Below are positions 1-7,427 of a stretch of 24,000 nucleotides of DNA, in pieces. Positions within the stretch are counted from its first letter, which is position 1. Each line of letters opens with the position of its first letter. Below the pieces are notes generated by a model. The model did no database searches. It saw only the letters and a program-made list of their open reading frames with translations, and had not been told where the DNA came from. Both the position numbers and the translations under genes were made by a program. Origin of the DNA: Synechococcales cyanobacterium VAR_4_metabat_354 (GTDB lineage Bacteria > Cyanobacteriota > Cyanobacteriia > Cyanobacteriales > Chamaesiphonaceae); the NCBI GenBank assembly GCA_031414775.1, contig JANOQI010000022.1, positions 43,418-67,417 on the forward strand, given 5' to 3'.

Positions 1-451
1 GGGTGTCAATGACATCTTCAATGATCGTTTTAGCTTCAGCATTATCCACATCCAAGGCCGTTTGCAACTCCAGCAGAAAAGCTTTTTTCTGAGGAGGAAT
101 CACCAATTTCTCTTCATCAATGAGAGCAGCCACGGCGATCGCAAAGGCATCTGGTACTAACTCATCGGCAATCACATCGACATCATCAGCGGCGTTAAAG
201 AGCGCCCCCAAACTGTCTTCATCAGCAATTTCGGTCAATTTGCTAATCATCGCTAGCATGTCAGTTTCGGCATATTCATCAAACAGCTCGAAGGAACTCA
301 GAATATTCATGAATAAACCGGAATCGACTTCTCCATCTGGTTCATCGGCCATCAAAGCAATCATCGCGATCGCAGCGATCCCTTCCGGAGGGGTGAGTTT
401 GACATCGGTAAACTCTTCAGAGTTATTTAGGATGTTTTCATACTTATTCAT
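1..451 (-). CDS. Acidic TerB-like protein (tellurite-resistance TerB fold, family-level guess); C-terminus runs off the left window edge
   Basis: Absent from the ORF track because no stop lies in the window. My reverse-strand translation from ATG 451-449 stays open to position 2: MNKYENILNNSEEFTDVKLTPPEGIAAIAMIALMADEPDGEVDSGLF...AFAIAVAALIDEEKLVIPPQKKAFLLELQTALDVDNAEAKTIIEDVIDT. GAGGAA (revcomp of 460-465) lies 8 nt upstream of the ATG. Two copies of the hydrophobic-A-x-x-D...E...L pattern resemble TerB-like domains. The + strand track ORF 120..518 is a low-complexity Ser/Ala shadow of this gene. Confidence 0.5.
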   Translation of the reverse strand, partial: MNKYENILNNSEEFTDVKLTPPEGIAAIAMIALMADEPDGEVDSGLFMNILSSFELFDEYAETDMLAMISKLTEIADEDSLGALFNAADDVDVIADELVPDAFAIAVAALIDEEKLVIPPQKKAFLLELQTALDVDNAEAKTIIEDVIDT

Positions 452-566
452 GCAAAGAATTCCTCTAATGTCGATCGACAGTGGAGATAAAGGCCACCAG
501 TACCATATAGCAAATTGAGTCTAAATCTAAAAGTGTTGTTAACAATTGGTAAGGTTGTAGCAAGTT

Positions 567-1097
567 TTAGGGACAAGGAAAGTGTCGATCAAGATATTGC
601 TGATAGCCAATGGCAGCTAATTCTTGGTCTTTTTGGGCGACCATCGCTTGCAGACTGGTGCGATAGACTTGCACAGCGGCCAATAGTTGCGGATCATGAC
701 TGGCTAAGATTTGCACCGCTAGTAATCCGGCATTGGTGGCATTGCCGATCGAGACCGTCGCTACCGGAATACCCGCTGGCATCTGGACGATCGAATAGAG
801 AGAATCCACACCTTGCAAAGTTTTGGTCTGAATTGGCACCCCAATTACGGGTAAAGCAGTGAGGGCAGCTACCATGCCGGGTAAATGAGCTGCGCCCCCG
901 GCTCCGGCAATAATTACCTGTAAGCCCCGCTCGTGAGCAGTTTGGGCATATTGCACCATCCGTTCTGGCGTGCGGTGGGCAGAAACAATCGCAACTTCGT
1001 GGGGGATCTGGAATTGCTCGCAAATCTGAGCAGCGCTTTGCATACAAGGCAGGTCGGAGTCGCTGCCCATAATGATACCAATGCGGGGGTTAATCAT
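567..1097 (-). CDS. purE: 5-(carboxyamino)imidazole ribonucleotide mutase (class I PurE)
   Basis: 176-aa track [21 protein letters not shown] and [12 protein letters not shown] motifs and the length are typical of PurE. Confidence 0.95.
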   Translation of the reverse strand: MINPRIGIIMGSDSDLPCMQSAAQICEQFQIPHEVAIVSAHRTPERMVQYAQTAHERGLQVIIAGAGGAAHLPGMVAALTALPVIGVPIQTKTLQGVDSLYSIVQMPAGIPVATVSIGNATNAGLLAVQILASHDPQLLAAVQVYRTSLQAMVAQKDQELAAIGYQQYLDRHFPCP

Positions 1098-1169
1098 AAA
1101 TTATGGTTGAAACGCTGGCGGAATCGCCCCTCAAAATATAAGCTAAAAGCAACCCCACCGGTAGATTTT

Positions 1170-2342
1170 ATGCTCGCCAAAATTATTAACGCCCGTGTTC
1201 CTGGCTATGCTGGGTTACAGCAAATATTGGTGCGCGAACGCCAAATTCAAGAGGTGGCAACCCAAGTAGCCGGGGAGGTAACGGCGATCGATCTAGCCGG
1301 GGACTGGTGCTCTTTGGGTGGAGTAGATTTGCAGATTAACGGCGCTCTGGGTCTGGCCTTTCCCAACTTACAAAGCACCGACCATCATCGATTAACCAAA
1401 ATCTGTCAGCTGCTCTGGGAGCAAGGAGTTGATGGCTTTTTACCAACATTGGTGACCACTTCGATCGACAATTTTCAGCGCTCTTTACAAGTAATTGCCC
1501 AGTTCATGGCTCAGCAACCAGCCCAGACTGCTCAAGTATTGGGAGTCCATTTAGAGGGTCCTTGCCTCAATCCGGCAAAACGGGGTGCTCATCCAGCCGA
1601 ATATCTATTGCCACTGACAGTCGAAAGCATCAAGCGAGTGATCGGCGACTACACCAACTTAGTCAAAGTGATTACACTCGCGCCAGAACTCGATCCTTCT
1701 GGTTTAGTCGTGCCCTATTTAATCAGCCTGGGGATCAGGGTCAGTTTAGGCCATTCTCAAGCAAATTGGGCACAGGCCGAACGGGCTTTTGATGAAGGAG
1801 CAAGCATGGTTACTCATGCTTTTAATGCGATGCCTAGTTTGCATCATCGGCAACCCGGTTTACTGGGAGCGGCGCTGACTTACCCAGGTGTCCAATGCGG
1901 GTTTATTGCCGATGGCCAGCATGTTCATCCCACCATGCTCCAGATTTTTTTACGAGCTGCTAACTACAGTGATCATGCCTTTTTAGTGAGTGATGCCCTC
2001 TCGCCTTTGGGTTTGCCCGATGGATTTTATCCATGGGATAGTCGGCAAATCGAGATTCAAGAAGGAACCGCTCGGTTACCAGATGGCACCTTAGCCGGCA
2101 CTACTCTATCGCTGTTGGCGGGAGTCGAAAATTTAGTGAAATGGGGAGCTTGTTCCCTAGAGCAAGGAATTTCTCTAGTCACTACGGCACCCCGCCGAGC
2201 GATCGGACTAAATAGTAAATATGTTGGTCAAGTCATTGGTCAAGCCAATAGCTTAGTGCGCTGGCACCAGAGTGCTGATGGCACTATTACACCGACCCGT
2301 TTGGTTAATACAAAGCAGTTTGAAAATTGCGATCCAGCTTAG
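1170..2342 (+). CDS. nagA: N-acetylglucosamine-6-phosphate deacetylase
   Basis: Same frame as track ORF 933..2342, but the start is moved to ATG 1170 (MLAKIINARVPGY...). The upstream 79 codons overlap purE on the other strand. GGVDLQINGALG, HLEGPCLN, GHSQA, THAFNAM, IADGQHV and LVSDA line up with E. coli NagA as I recall it (GFIDVQLNGCGG, HLEGPWLN, GHSNA, THLYNAM, IADGLHV, LVTDA). Confidence 0.9.
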   Translation: MLAKIINARVPGYAGLQQILVRERQIQEVATQVAGEVTAIDLAGDWCSLGGVDLQINGALGLAFPNLQSTDHHRLTKICQLLWEQGVDGFLPTLVTTSIDNFQRSLQVIAQFMAQQPAQTAQVLGVHLEGPCLNPAKRGAHPAEYLLPLTVESIKRVIGDYTNLVKVITLAPELDPSGLVVPYLISLGIRVSLGHSQANWAQAERAFDEGASMVTHAFNAMPSLHHRQPGLLGAALTYPGVQCGFIADGQHVHPTMLQIFLRAANYSDHAFLVSDALSPLGLPDGFYPWDSRQIEIQEGTARLPDGTLAGTTLSLLAGVENLVKWGACSLEQGISLVTTAPRRAIGLNSKYVGQVIGQANSLVRWHQSADGTITPTRLVNTKQFENCDPA

Positions 2343-2377
2343 AATTAGGGTAAGCAGCAATCAGGATTAATAAATAT

Positions 2378-4900
2378 ATGGAATTGCGAGCAGTAATTAT
2401 GGCCGGTGGTTCCGGGACGCGCCTGCGCCCCTTGACCTGCGAACTGCCCAAGCCGATGGTACCAGTACTCAATCGCCCGATCATTGAGCACATTATCAAT
2501 CTGCTTAAAAAACATGGCATTACCGAAATAATTATTACTCTTCACTATCAACCGGAAGCGATCCAGCAATATTTTGGGAATGGTAGTGATTGGGGAGTGC
2601 ATTTGCATTACGCGATCGAAGAAGAACAAGCCTTAGGTACTGCTGGCTCCATTAAATATGTCGGTGAACTGCTCGATCGAACTTTCTTGGTAATTAGTGG
2701 CGACAGCATTACTGATTTCGACTTGCAAAGTGCGATCCACTTTCACCAGCAAAAGCAAGCTGCCGTCACCATGGTCTTGACTTCTGTCCGTAATCCCGTA
2801 GATTTTGGCGTGGTAATTACCGATGCCAGCGATCGGGTGCAACGTTTCCTAGAGAAGCCCACCGCCAGCGAAATATTCTCGGATACCATCAATACTGGTA
2901 TCTATATCCTGGAACCAGAAGTACTACAAGCCATTCCACCTGATCAGGAATTTGACATGTCCCAGGATTTGTTACCTAACTTGCTAGCGGCCGGGGTACC
3001 GATTTATGGATATGTCGCTACTGGCTATTGGTGCGATGTCGGTCAGTTAGATACTTACCGCCAAGTACAACATGATGTTTTCACCCAATTACCGAGCTTG
3101 CATCCCACCTCTACTCAAATCCGACCAGGAGTATGGGTAGGACATGGCACTTATATCGATCCGACCGCGAACATTGGTACGCCGGTAGTGATTGGTAACA
3201 ACTGTCGCATTAGTCCCCGCGTCAATATTACTGCCGATACCGTGATTGGTGACAATGTGACGATCGGAGCTGATGCCAACCTCAAACGCCCGATCATTTG
3301 GAATGGGGCAATTATTAGCGAGGAAGCCCAACTGCGTGCCTGTATCATAGGACGTGGTGCCCGGATTGGTCGTGGTGCCCAGATTTTAGAAGGGGCAGTG
3401 GTCGGTTCCCTATCGCGAGTCGGCGAAGAAGCTCAGGTCAACAGCAACGTTAAAGTTTGGCCCAATAAAGAAATTGAACCCCTAGCAATCTTGACATTGA
3501 ACTTGATCTGGGGAGATGTGGCGCGACGCAACCTCTTCTCCCAACGGGGCGTACAGGGACTTGCCAATATTGATATCACCCCAGAATTTGCCGTCAAATT
3601 GGGTGCTGCCTATGGTTCCACCCTGAAAAATGGCGATCAAGTGACGATTTCGCGCGACCAACGCAGTATTTCCAGTATGGTGGTCAGATCCCTGGTGGCC
3701 GGACTAATGTCGGTGGGAGTAAGTGTCCGCGACCTCAGCTCTACGGCCATTCCTGTCGCCCGCTTAATTATTCCGACCCTGTATGTAGCGGGTGGATTAC
3801 ATATCCGGCTACATCCCGATCGACTAGATTATTTGCTGATCGAGTTTTTTGATGCCCGAGGTATTAATATTTCTAAGAGCCAAGAAAAGAAAATCGAGTC
3901 GGCTTATTTCAAAGAAGACCTGCGTCGTGCCAGCATTCCTGAGATTGGCAAAATCAGCCAGATTCAAGGAATCGAACTCTACAACAATGCTTTCCAAACC
4001 CACCTAGATTTGCAAACCATTCGCGGTAGTGGCAAAGTCGTGATTGACTACGCCTACGCTGTTTCGGGAGCAATTCTGCCACTATTACTAGCCAAATTTG
4101 GTGTGGATGCGGTAGTGCTCAATGCGAGTCTTAGCCAGACTGCGCCCAAAATTGGCGAACGGGAGATCTTACTGCACCAATTGGGGCGGGTAGTAGAATC
4201 GCTCCAAGCCACTTTCGGGGTGCAAGTCTCGGCGCATGGTGAGCAATTAATTTTGGTAGATGAAACTGGCGTGACGATTCGTGGTGATCTATTGACATCC
4301 TTGATGGTGCATTTAGCTCTAAAAGCACATCCGGGGGGAACAGTGGTAGTACCCGTTCATGCTAGTAGTGCGATCGAAGAATTAGCCCGCCGTCATGGTG
4401 GCCGGGTCAAACGCACCAAGTCGAACCCCACCGACCTAATGGAAGCCTGTCAAAAGCTACCCCATGTAGTGCTGGGTGGCAGTGGTGATATGGGCTTTAT
4501 TTTTCCCGAACTACATGCTGGTTTTGATGCCATGTTTTGTGTAGCCAAATTAATTGAGCTGTTAGCCAAAGAAAACCGGCACTTAAGTAGCATCCGCCAG
4601 CAACTACCCCGCGTTTTCCAAGAAACCGCTAAAGTCCGCTGCCCCTGGGGAGCTAAAGGCGGTCTAATGCGCCATATTCTAGAAACTCATCAAGTTGAAA
4701 AACTGGACACCGAAGATGGGGTGAAGATTTACAACTCCCGTAATGACAACTGGATTCTGATTTTGCCCGATGCCGGGGAACCGGTCGTTCATATCTATGC
4801 CAACAGTGACGATCGCGATTGGTTAGATCTAAATCTCCAAAACTATCGACAGCTGGTACAAGACTATGTGGTTCAATACCAAACTGCCACCGACAATTAA
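2378..4900 (+). CDS. Sugar-phosphate nucleotidyltransferase (mannose-1-P guanylyltransferase-like) fused to a left-handed beta-helix and a C-terminal phosphohexomutase-like domain
   Basis: 840 aa. The N-terminus MAGGSGTRLRPLT is the NTP-transferase G-x-G-T-R-x-x-P-L-T loop. Hexapeptide repeats span aa ~250-360 (for example GRGARIGRGAQI, an 18-nt DNA period at 3353-3380). Aa ~385-840 have the four-domain PGM/PMM layout but degenerate motifs (see findings). Confidence 0.85.
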   Translation: MELRAVIMAGGSGTRLRPLTCELPKPMVPVLNRPIIEHIINLLKKHGITEIIITLHYQPEAIQQYFGNGSDWGVHLHYAIEEEQALGTAGSIKYVGELLDRTFLVISGDSITDFDLQSAIHFHQQKQAAVTMVLTSVRNPVDFGVVITDASDRVQRFLEKPTASEIFSDTINTGIYILEPEVLQAIPPDQEFDMSQDLLPNLLAAGVPIYGYVATGYWCDVGQLDTYRQVQHDVFTQLPSLHPTSTQIRPGVWVGHGTYIDPTANIGTPVVIGNNCRISPRVNITADTVIGDNVTIGADANLKRPIIWNGAIISEEAQLRACIIGRGARIGRGAQILEGAVVGSLSRVGEEAQVNSNVKVWPNKEIEPLAILTLNLIWGDVARRNLFSQRGVQGLANIDITPEFAVKLGAAYGSTLKNGDQVTISRDQRSISSMVVRSLVAGLMSVGVSVRDLSSTAIPVARLIIPTLYVAGGLHIRLHPDRLDYLLIEFFDARGINISKSQEKKIESAYFKEDLRRASIPEIGKISQIQGIELYNNAFQTHLDLQTIRGSGKVVIDYAYAVSGAILPLLLAKFGVDAVVLNASLSQTAPKIGEREILLHQLGRVVESLQATFGVQVSAHGEQLILVDETGVTIRGDLLTSLMVHLALKAHPGGTVVVPVHASSAIEELARRHGGRVKRTKSNPTDLMEACQKLPHVVLGGSGDMGFIFPELHAGFDAMFCVAKLIELLAKENRHLSSIRQQLPRVFQETAKVRCPWGAKGGLMRHILETHQVEKLDTEDGVKIYNSRNDNWILILPDAGEPVVHIYANSDDRDWLDLNLQNYRQLVQDYVVQYQTATDN

Positions 4901-5004
4901 TTAATATCTTCAAAAAGCAAACTTTAAATTCCACCAGTAATCAGCAGAAATAGAAGAAGACAGATATTTAATCTGATGCTACTGAGTTTGACTTAATCTG
5001 CATG

Positions 5005-5694
5005 TCAGTGAAATCGCTCCAGTGCGATCGTTAGCTCTGGCAAATAACGCGCCGCAATCCCTCCACCAATCGCCCCAAACAAATGACATTCCCACGAACG
5101 CCCCCGTTTGCTTGGCAACACGCCCCACAGTGAACTGCCGTATAACGTCCCGGCGATCACCGCTAGACCAATAGCAATCGAACTCCGCTCCAGATATCCT
5201 TGCAGCAGAAGAAACCCCAAGTAGCCAAAGACAATGCCACTAGCACCGATATGATTAGTCTTTGCCCCACCACAAAGCCAAGTCCCACAGCCACTCACCA
5301 GCCACACTACTACCGTGACGATCGCGAAGGTTGTCTGACTGCGAAATAGAATCAATCCACCCAAGACCGTCAGCGGAATAGTATTAGCGGCCAGATGCTG
5401 AAGATCGCCATGGAGCAGCGGCGATAATACAATTCCTTTCAGGCCAGACCAACGGCGCGGCTGAATGCCAAGTCGGTTGAGCCTGTTCCCTAGTAGTAAT
5501 GAATCGGTCAATTCCAATATCCACAGGCTAGAGATCATCCCGCAGAGGATGCGAAGGTTCAGGATCAAAGTGGGATTGGCAGCAGCTGGAAGTAATGATC
5601 CGGTCATGTGAACAGCAGTAAACGAGGGTGTATTATAGCTCGACTTATTTTTAATTCCGGTTGTTGCCTGTGGCCGATCGATTTCCTCATCCAT
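5005..5694 (-). CDS. Rhomboid-family intramembrane serine protease
   Basis: 229 aa and multi-pass hydrophobic. The GASGIVFGYLG (GxSG catalytic Ser) and HLFGAIGG (catalytic His helix) motifs are present. ATG 5694 overlaps the upstream SulP stop by 8 nt. An alternative start is M30 at 5607. Confidence 0.85.
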   Translation of the reverse strand: MDEEIDRPQATTGIKNKSSYNTPSFTAVHMTGSLLPAAANPTLILNLRILCGMISSLWILELTDSLLLGNRLNRLGIQPRRWSGLKGIVLSPLLHGDLQHLAANTIPLTVLGGLILFRSQTTFAIVTVVVWLVSGCGTWLCGGAKTNHIGASGIVFGYLGFLLLQGYLERSSIAIGLAVIAGTLYGSSLWGVLPSKRGRSWECHLFGAIGGGIAARYLPELTIALERFH

Positions 5695-7363
5695 CGCCCG
5701 ATCGACAAGCCATCAACGCTTCTTCTAAGTGATTGAAAAATCGATCGACACCAATTAAATCAGTTAAGCCATCTCGATCAAATTGTAATTTTACCTCCGG
5801 CGGCAGACCGGAAACAACAAAAGCGACATTCTGGATCGATAATTCCTGCACTACATCTTGCAACGTCTGATAGGCCGAATAGTCGATTCCAGTAATTGCT
5901 CTAGCTTCTAAAACAAACCATCGCACTGGTGATTCTGCATTTTTCACCAGGCTTTGCACCTCCTCGGAAAAGAAGGTGGCATTAGCATAGAATAAGTCTC
6001 GACTAAATCGATAAATAATCAAACCAGGTGCCGAGATCAAGCCCATCCGCACCGGCATCGGTTGCCAAAATCGATGTTCGCCAGGAATAATGATCGCGGA
6101 GTGCGGTCGATAACTATGGCGCACATGCAAAATCAGTGATAACGTAATTGCCAAAATAATTCCTTCTTTGGCACCAATAAAAACCACCGTAGCCGCAGTA
6201 ATTACTGCCAAATAAAACTCTTCGCGATGAGTTTTGAAGATTGATCGCATTCCTTTAATGTCGATCAACCGGAGTCCGATCGAAAAGACAATGGCGGCTA
6301 GCACTGGATTCGGTAGATAGCTAAGCGGCTGAGTTAAAAATAAAATAACTATTAAGACCACAGCTGCTGTAGATAACTGAGCCACTTGGCTACGGCCACC
6401 CGCCGTGTCTACAATTTCTGTTTTAGTCGGGCTACCATTAACCACAAATGTACCAGTCAATCCTGCTGCTAAATTAGCTGCTGCTAAACCTTCCAAATCA
6501 ACATTTTCGTTAAAACCTTCGCCATATTTAAAAGCATAGGCACGGGAGGTGGCAGCACTTTGGGCAACAATGATAATACAACAGGATAGGGCAATGCCAA
6601 AGACGGCAGGGATTTCATCCCAGTTAACTGCGGGCAAACCAAAGGAGGGCAAACCACTAGGCACAGTCCCCACAATGCTGACACCAAGGCTAGCAAAGTT
6701 AAATAGCCAACTGGCAAAAATAGCCCCGACTACTGCCAACAATGCACCGGGGAATTTTGGGATAAATCGATCGCATAATTGAATCGTAATCAAGACAGCA
6801 ACAGAGATTCCGATCGCTAGATGATTAGCATAAGGTAGACCAGTGATTGCACTAATAATTTGTGGCAGGGGCTGATGTCCGCCAGCTGGAAGATCGAGCA
6901 ATCCGGGCAATTGACTGATCGCTACTTGCATACCCACCCCAGTCAAGAAACCGATTAATACAGTCCGCGATAAAAAGTCTGCCAGGAAACCGAGCCGAAA
7001 CAGGCGGGCTAACAGTAATAATCCCGCTACGAGGATGGCGATCGATCTAGCTAATGCTAAATAATGGGGACTTCCAATTGGAGCCAAACCAGACAGTCCC
7101 GCCGCCAAAATTGCCGCTGTGGCAGAGTCGGCAGCAACAACGAGATGGCGCGAACAACCTAACATGGCAAAAATGATGGCTGGCAGCAGCAGTGTATACA
7201 GCCCTGTGGCAATTGGCGTTCCCGAAATCTTGGTGTATCCCATCACTTCCGGAATACCGATCGCCGCCAATACAATCCCCCCGATGATATCGTTGCCGAT
7301 CGAGGCTGGTCTCCAAGGTAAAATTCCCTGAAGCAAACGAGATCGAGTTTTTGTTGTTTTCAC
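5687..7363 (-). CDS. SulP-family inorganic anion transporter with C-terminal STAS domain
   Basis: 558 aa with a GTG start. The N-terminal GGIVLAAIGIPEVMGYTKISGTPIATGLYT is SulP-like, about 10 or more hydrophobic segments follow, and the C-terminal ~120 aa soluble domain (RWFVLEARAITGIDYSAYQTLQDV) resembles STAS. The substrate (sulfate, bicarbonate or other) cannot be called from sequence. Confidence 0.9.
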   Translation of the reverse strand: MKTTKTRSRLLQGILPWRPASIGNDIIGGIVLAAIGIPEVMGYTKISGTPIATGLYTLLLPAIIFAMLGCSRHLVVAADSATAAILAAGLSGLAPIGSPHYLALARSIAILVAGLLLLARLFRLGFLADFLSRTVLIGFLTGVGMQVAISQLPGLLDLPAGGHQPLPQIISAITGLPYANHLAIGISVAVLITIQLCDRFIPKFPGALLAVVGAIFASWLFNFASLGVSIVGTVPSGLPSFGLPAVNWDEIPAVFGIALSCCIIIVAQSAATSRAYAFKYGEGFNENVDLEGLAAANLAAGLTGTFVVNGSPTKTEIVDTAGGRSQVAQLSTAAVVLIVILFLTQPLSYLPNPVLAAIVFSIGLRLIDIKGMRSIFKTHREEFYLAVITAATVVFIGAKEGIILAITLSLILHVRHSYRPHSAIIIPGEHRFWQPMPVRMGLISAPGLIIYRFSRDLFYANATFFSEEVQSLVKNAESPVRWFVLEARAITGIDYSAYQTLQDVVQELSIQNVAFVVSGLPPEVKLQFDRDGLTDLIGVDRFFNHLEEALMACRSGDG

Positions 7364-7427
7364 AGGGGGTCGGGCTATCTACGTAGTTAATTTTTTCATT
7401 CTTATTAAAAAATAATAAAAGAGGGCT

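Noticed and set aside
536-545. 10-bp perfect palindrome TTGTTAACAA between purE and the TerB-like gene
   Set aside because: About 20 perfect 10-bp palindromes are expected by chance in 24 kb, and there is no second copy or flanking symmetry.
120-862. Track ORFs 120..518(+) and 515..862(+), and similarly 694..1047(-), 1562..1792(+), 2305..2629(-), 3089..3348(-), 4131..4328(-), 4653..4934(-), 6484..6782, 7047..7331, 7837..8070, 9031..9738, 10619..10816, 11161..12117(+), 12408..12602, 13215..13668, 14026..14461(+), 15195..15816(-), 15912..16367(-), 16424..16867(-), 18478..18678(-), 19737..20134, 20950..21306, 23067..23279(-), 23318..23608(-), 23682..23873(-)
   Set aside because: All lie antisense to, or out of frame within, much longer ORFs with clear family motifs. 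Their translations are low-complexity or Arg/Ser/Pro-rich with no recognisable motifs, so they are shadow ORFs.
933-1169. 5' extension of the nagA reading frame (track ORF starts at 933)
   Set aside because: The extension overlaps purE on the opposite strand and its sequence ([22 protein letters not shown]...) has no NagA-like features. The NagA similarity begins at MLAKIINARVPGY (ATG 1170).
1332-1340. NagA lacks the HxH metal-binding motif (reads Q-I-N)
   Set aside because: This is not a sign of inactivation. E. coli NagA has the same Q-x-N substitution (GFIDVQLNG) and is an active mononuclear enzyme, and the remaining catalytic motifs are intact here.
3353-3380. 10-nt direct repeat CGTGGTGCCC with an 18-nt period
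   Set aside because: It is explained by the protein: consecutive hexapeptide turns (GRGARI / GRGAQI) of the left-handed beta-helix in the nucleotidyltransferase. It is not a DNA-level element.
5687-7363. Calling the SulP transporter a BicA bicarbonate transporter
   Set aside because: Family membership is clear, but I cannot discriminate substrate class (sulfate, bicarbonate or other) by eye. The N-terminus does not obviously match BicA as I recall it.
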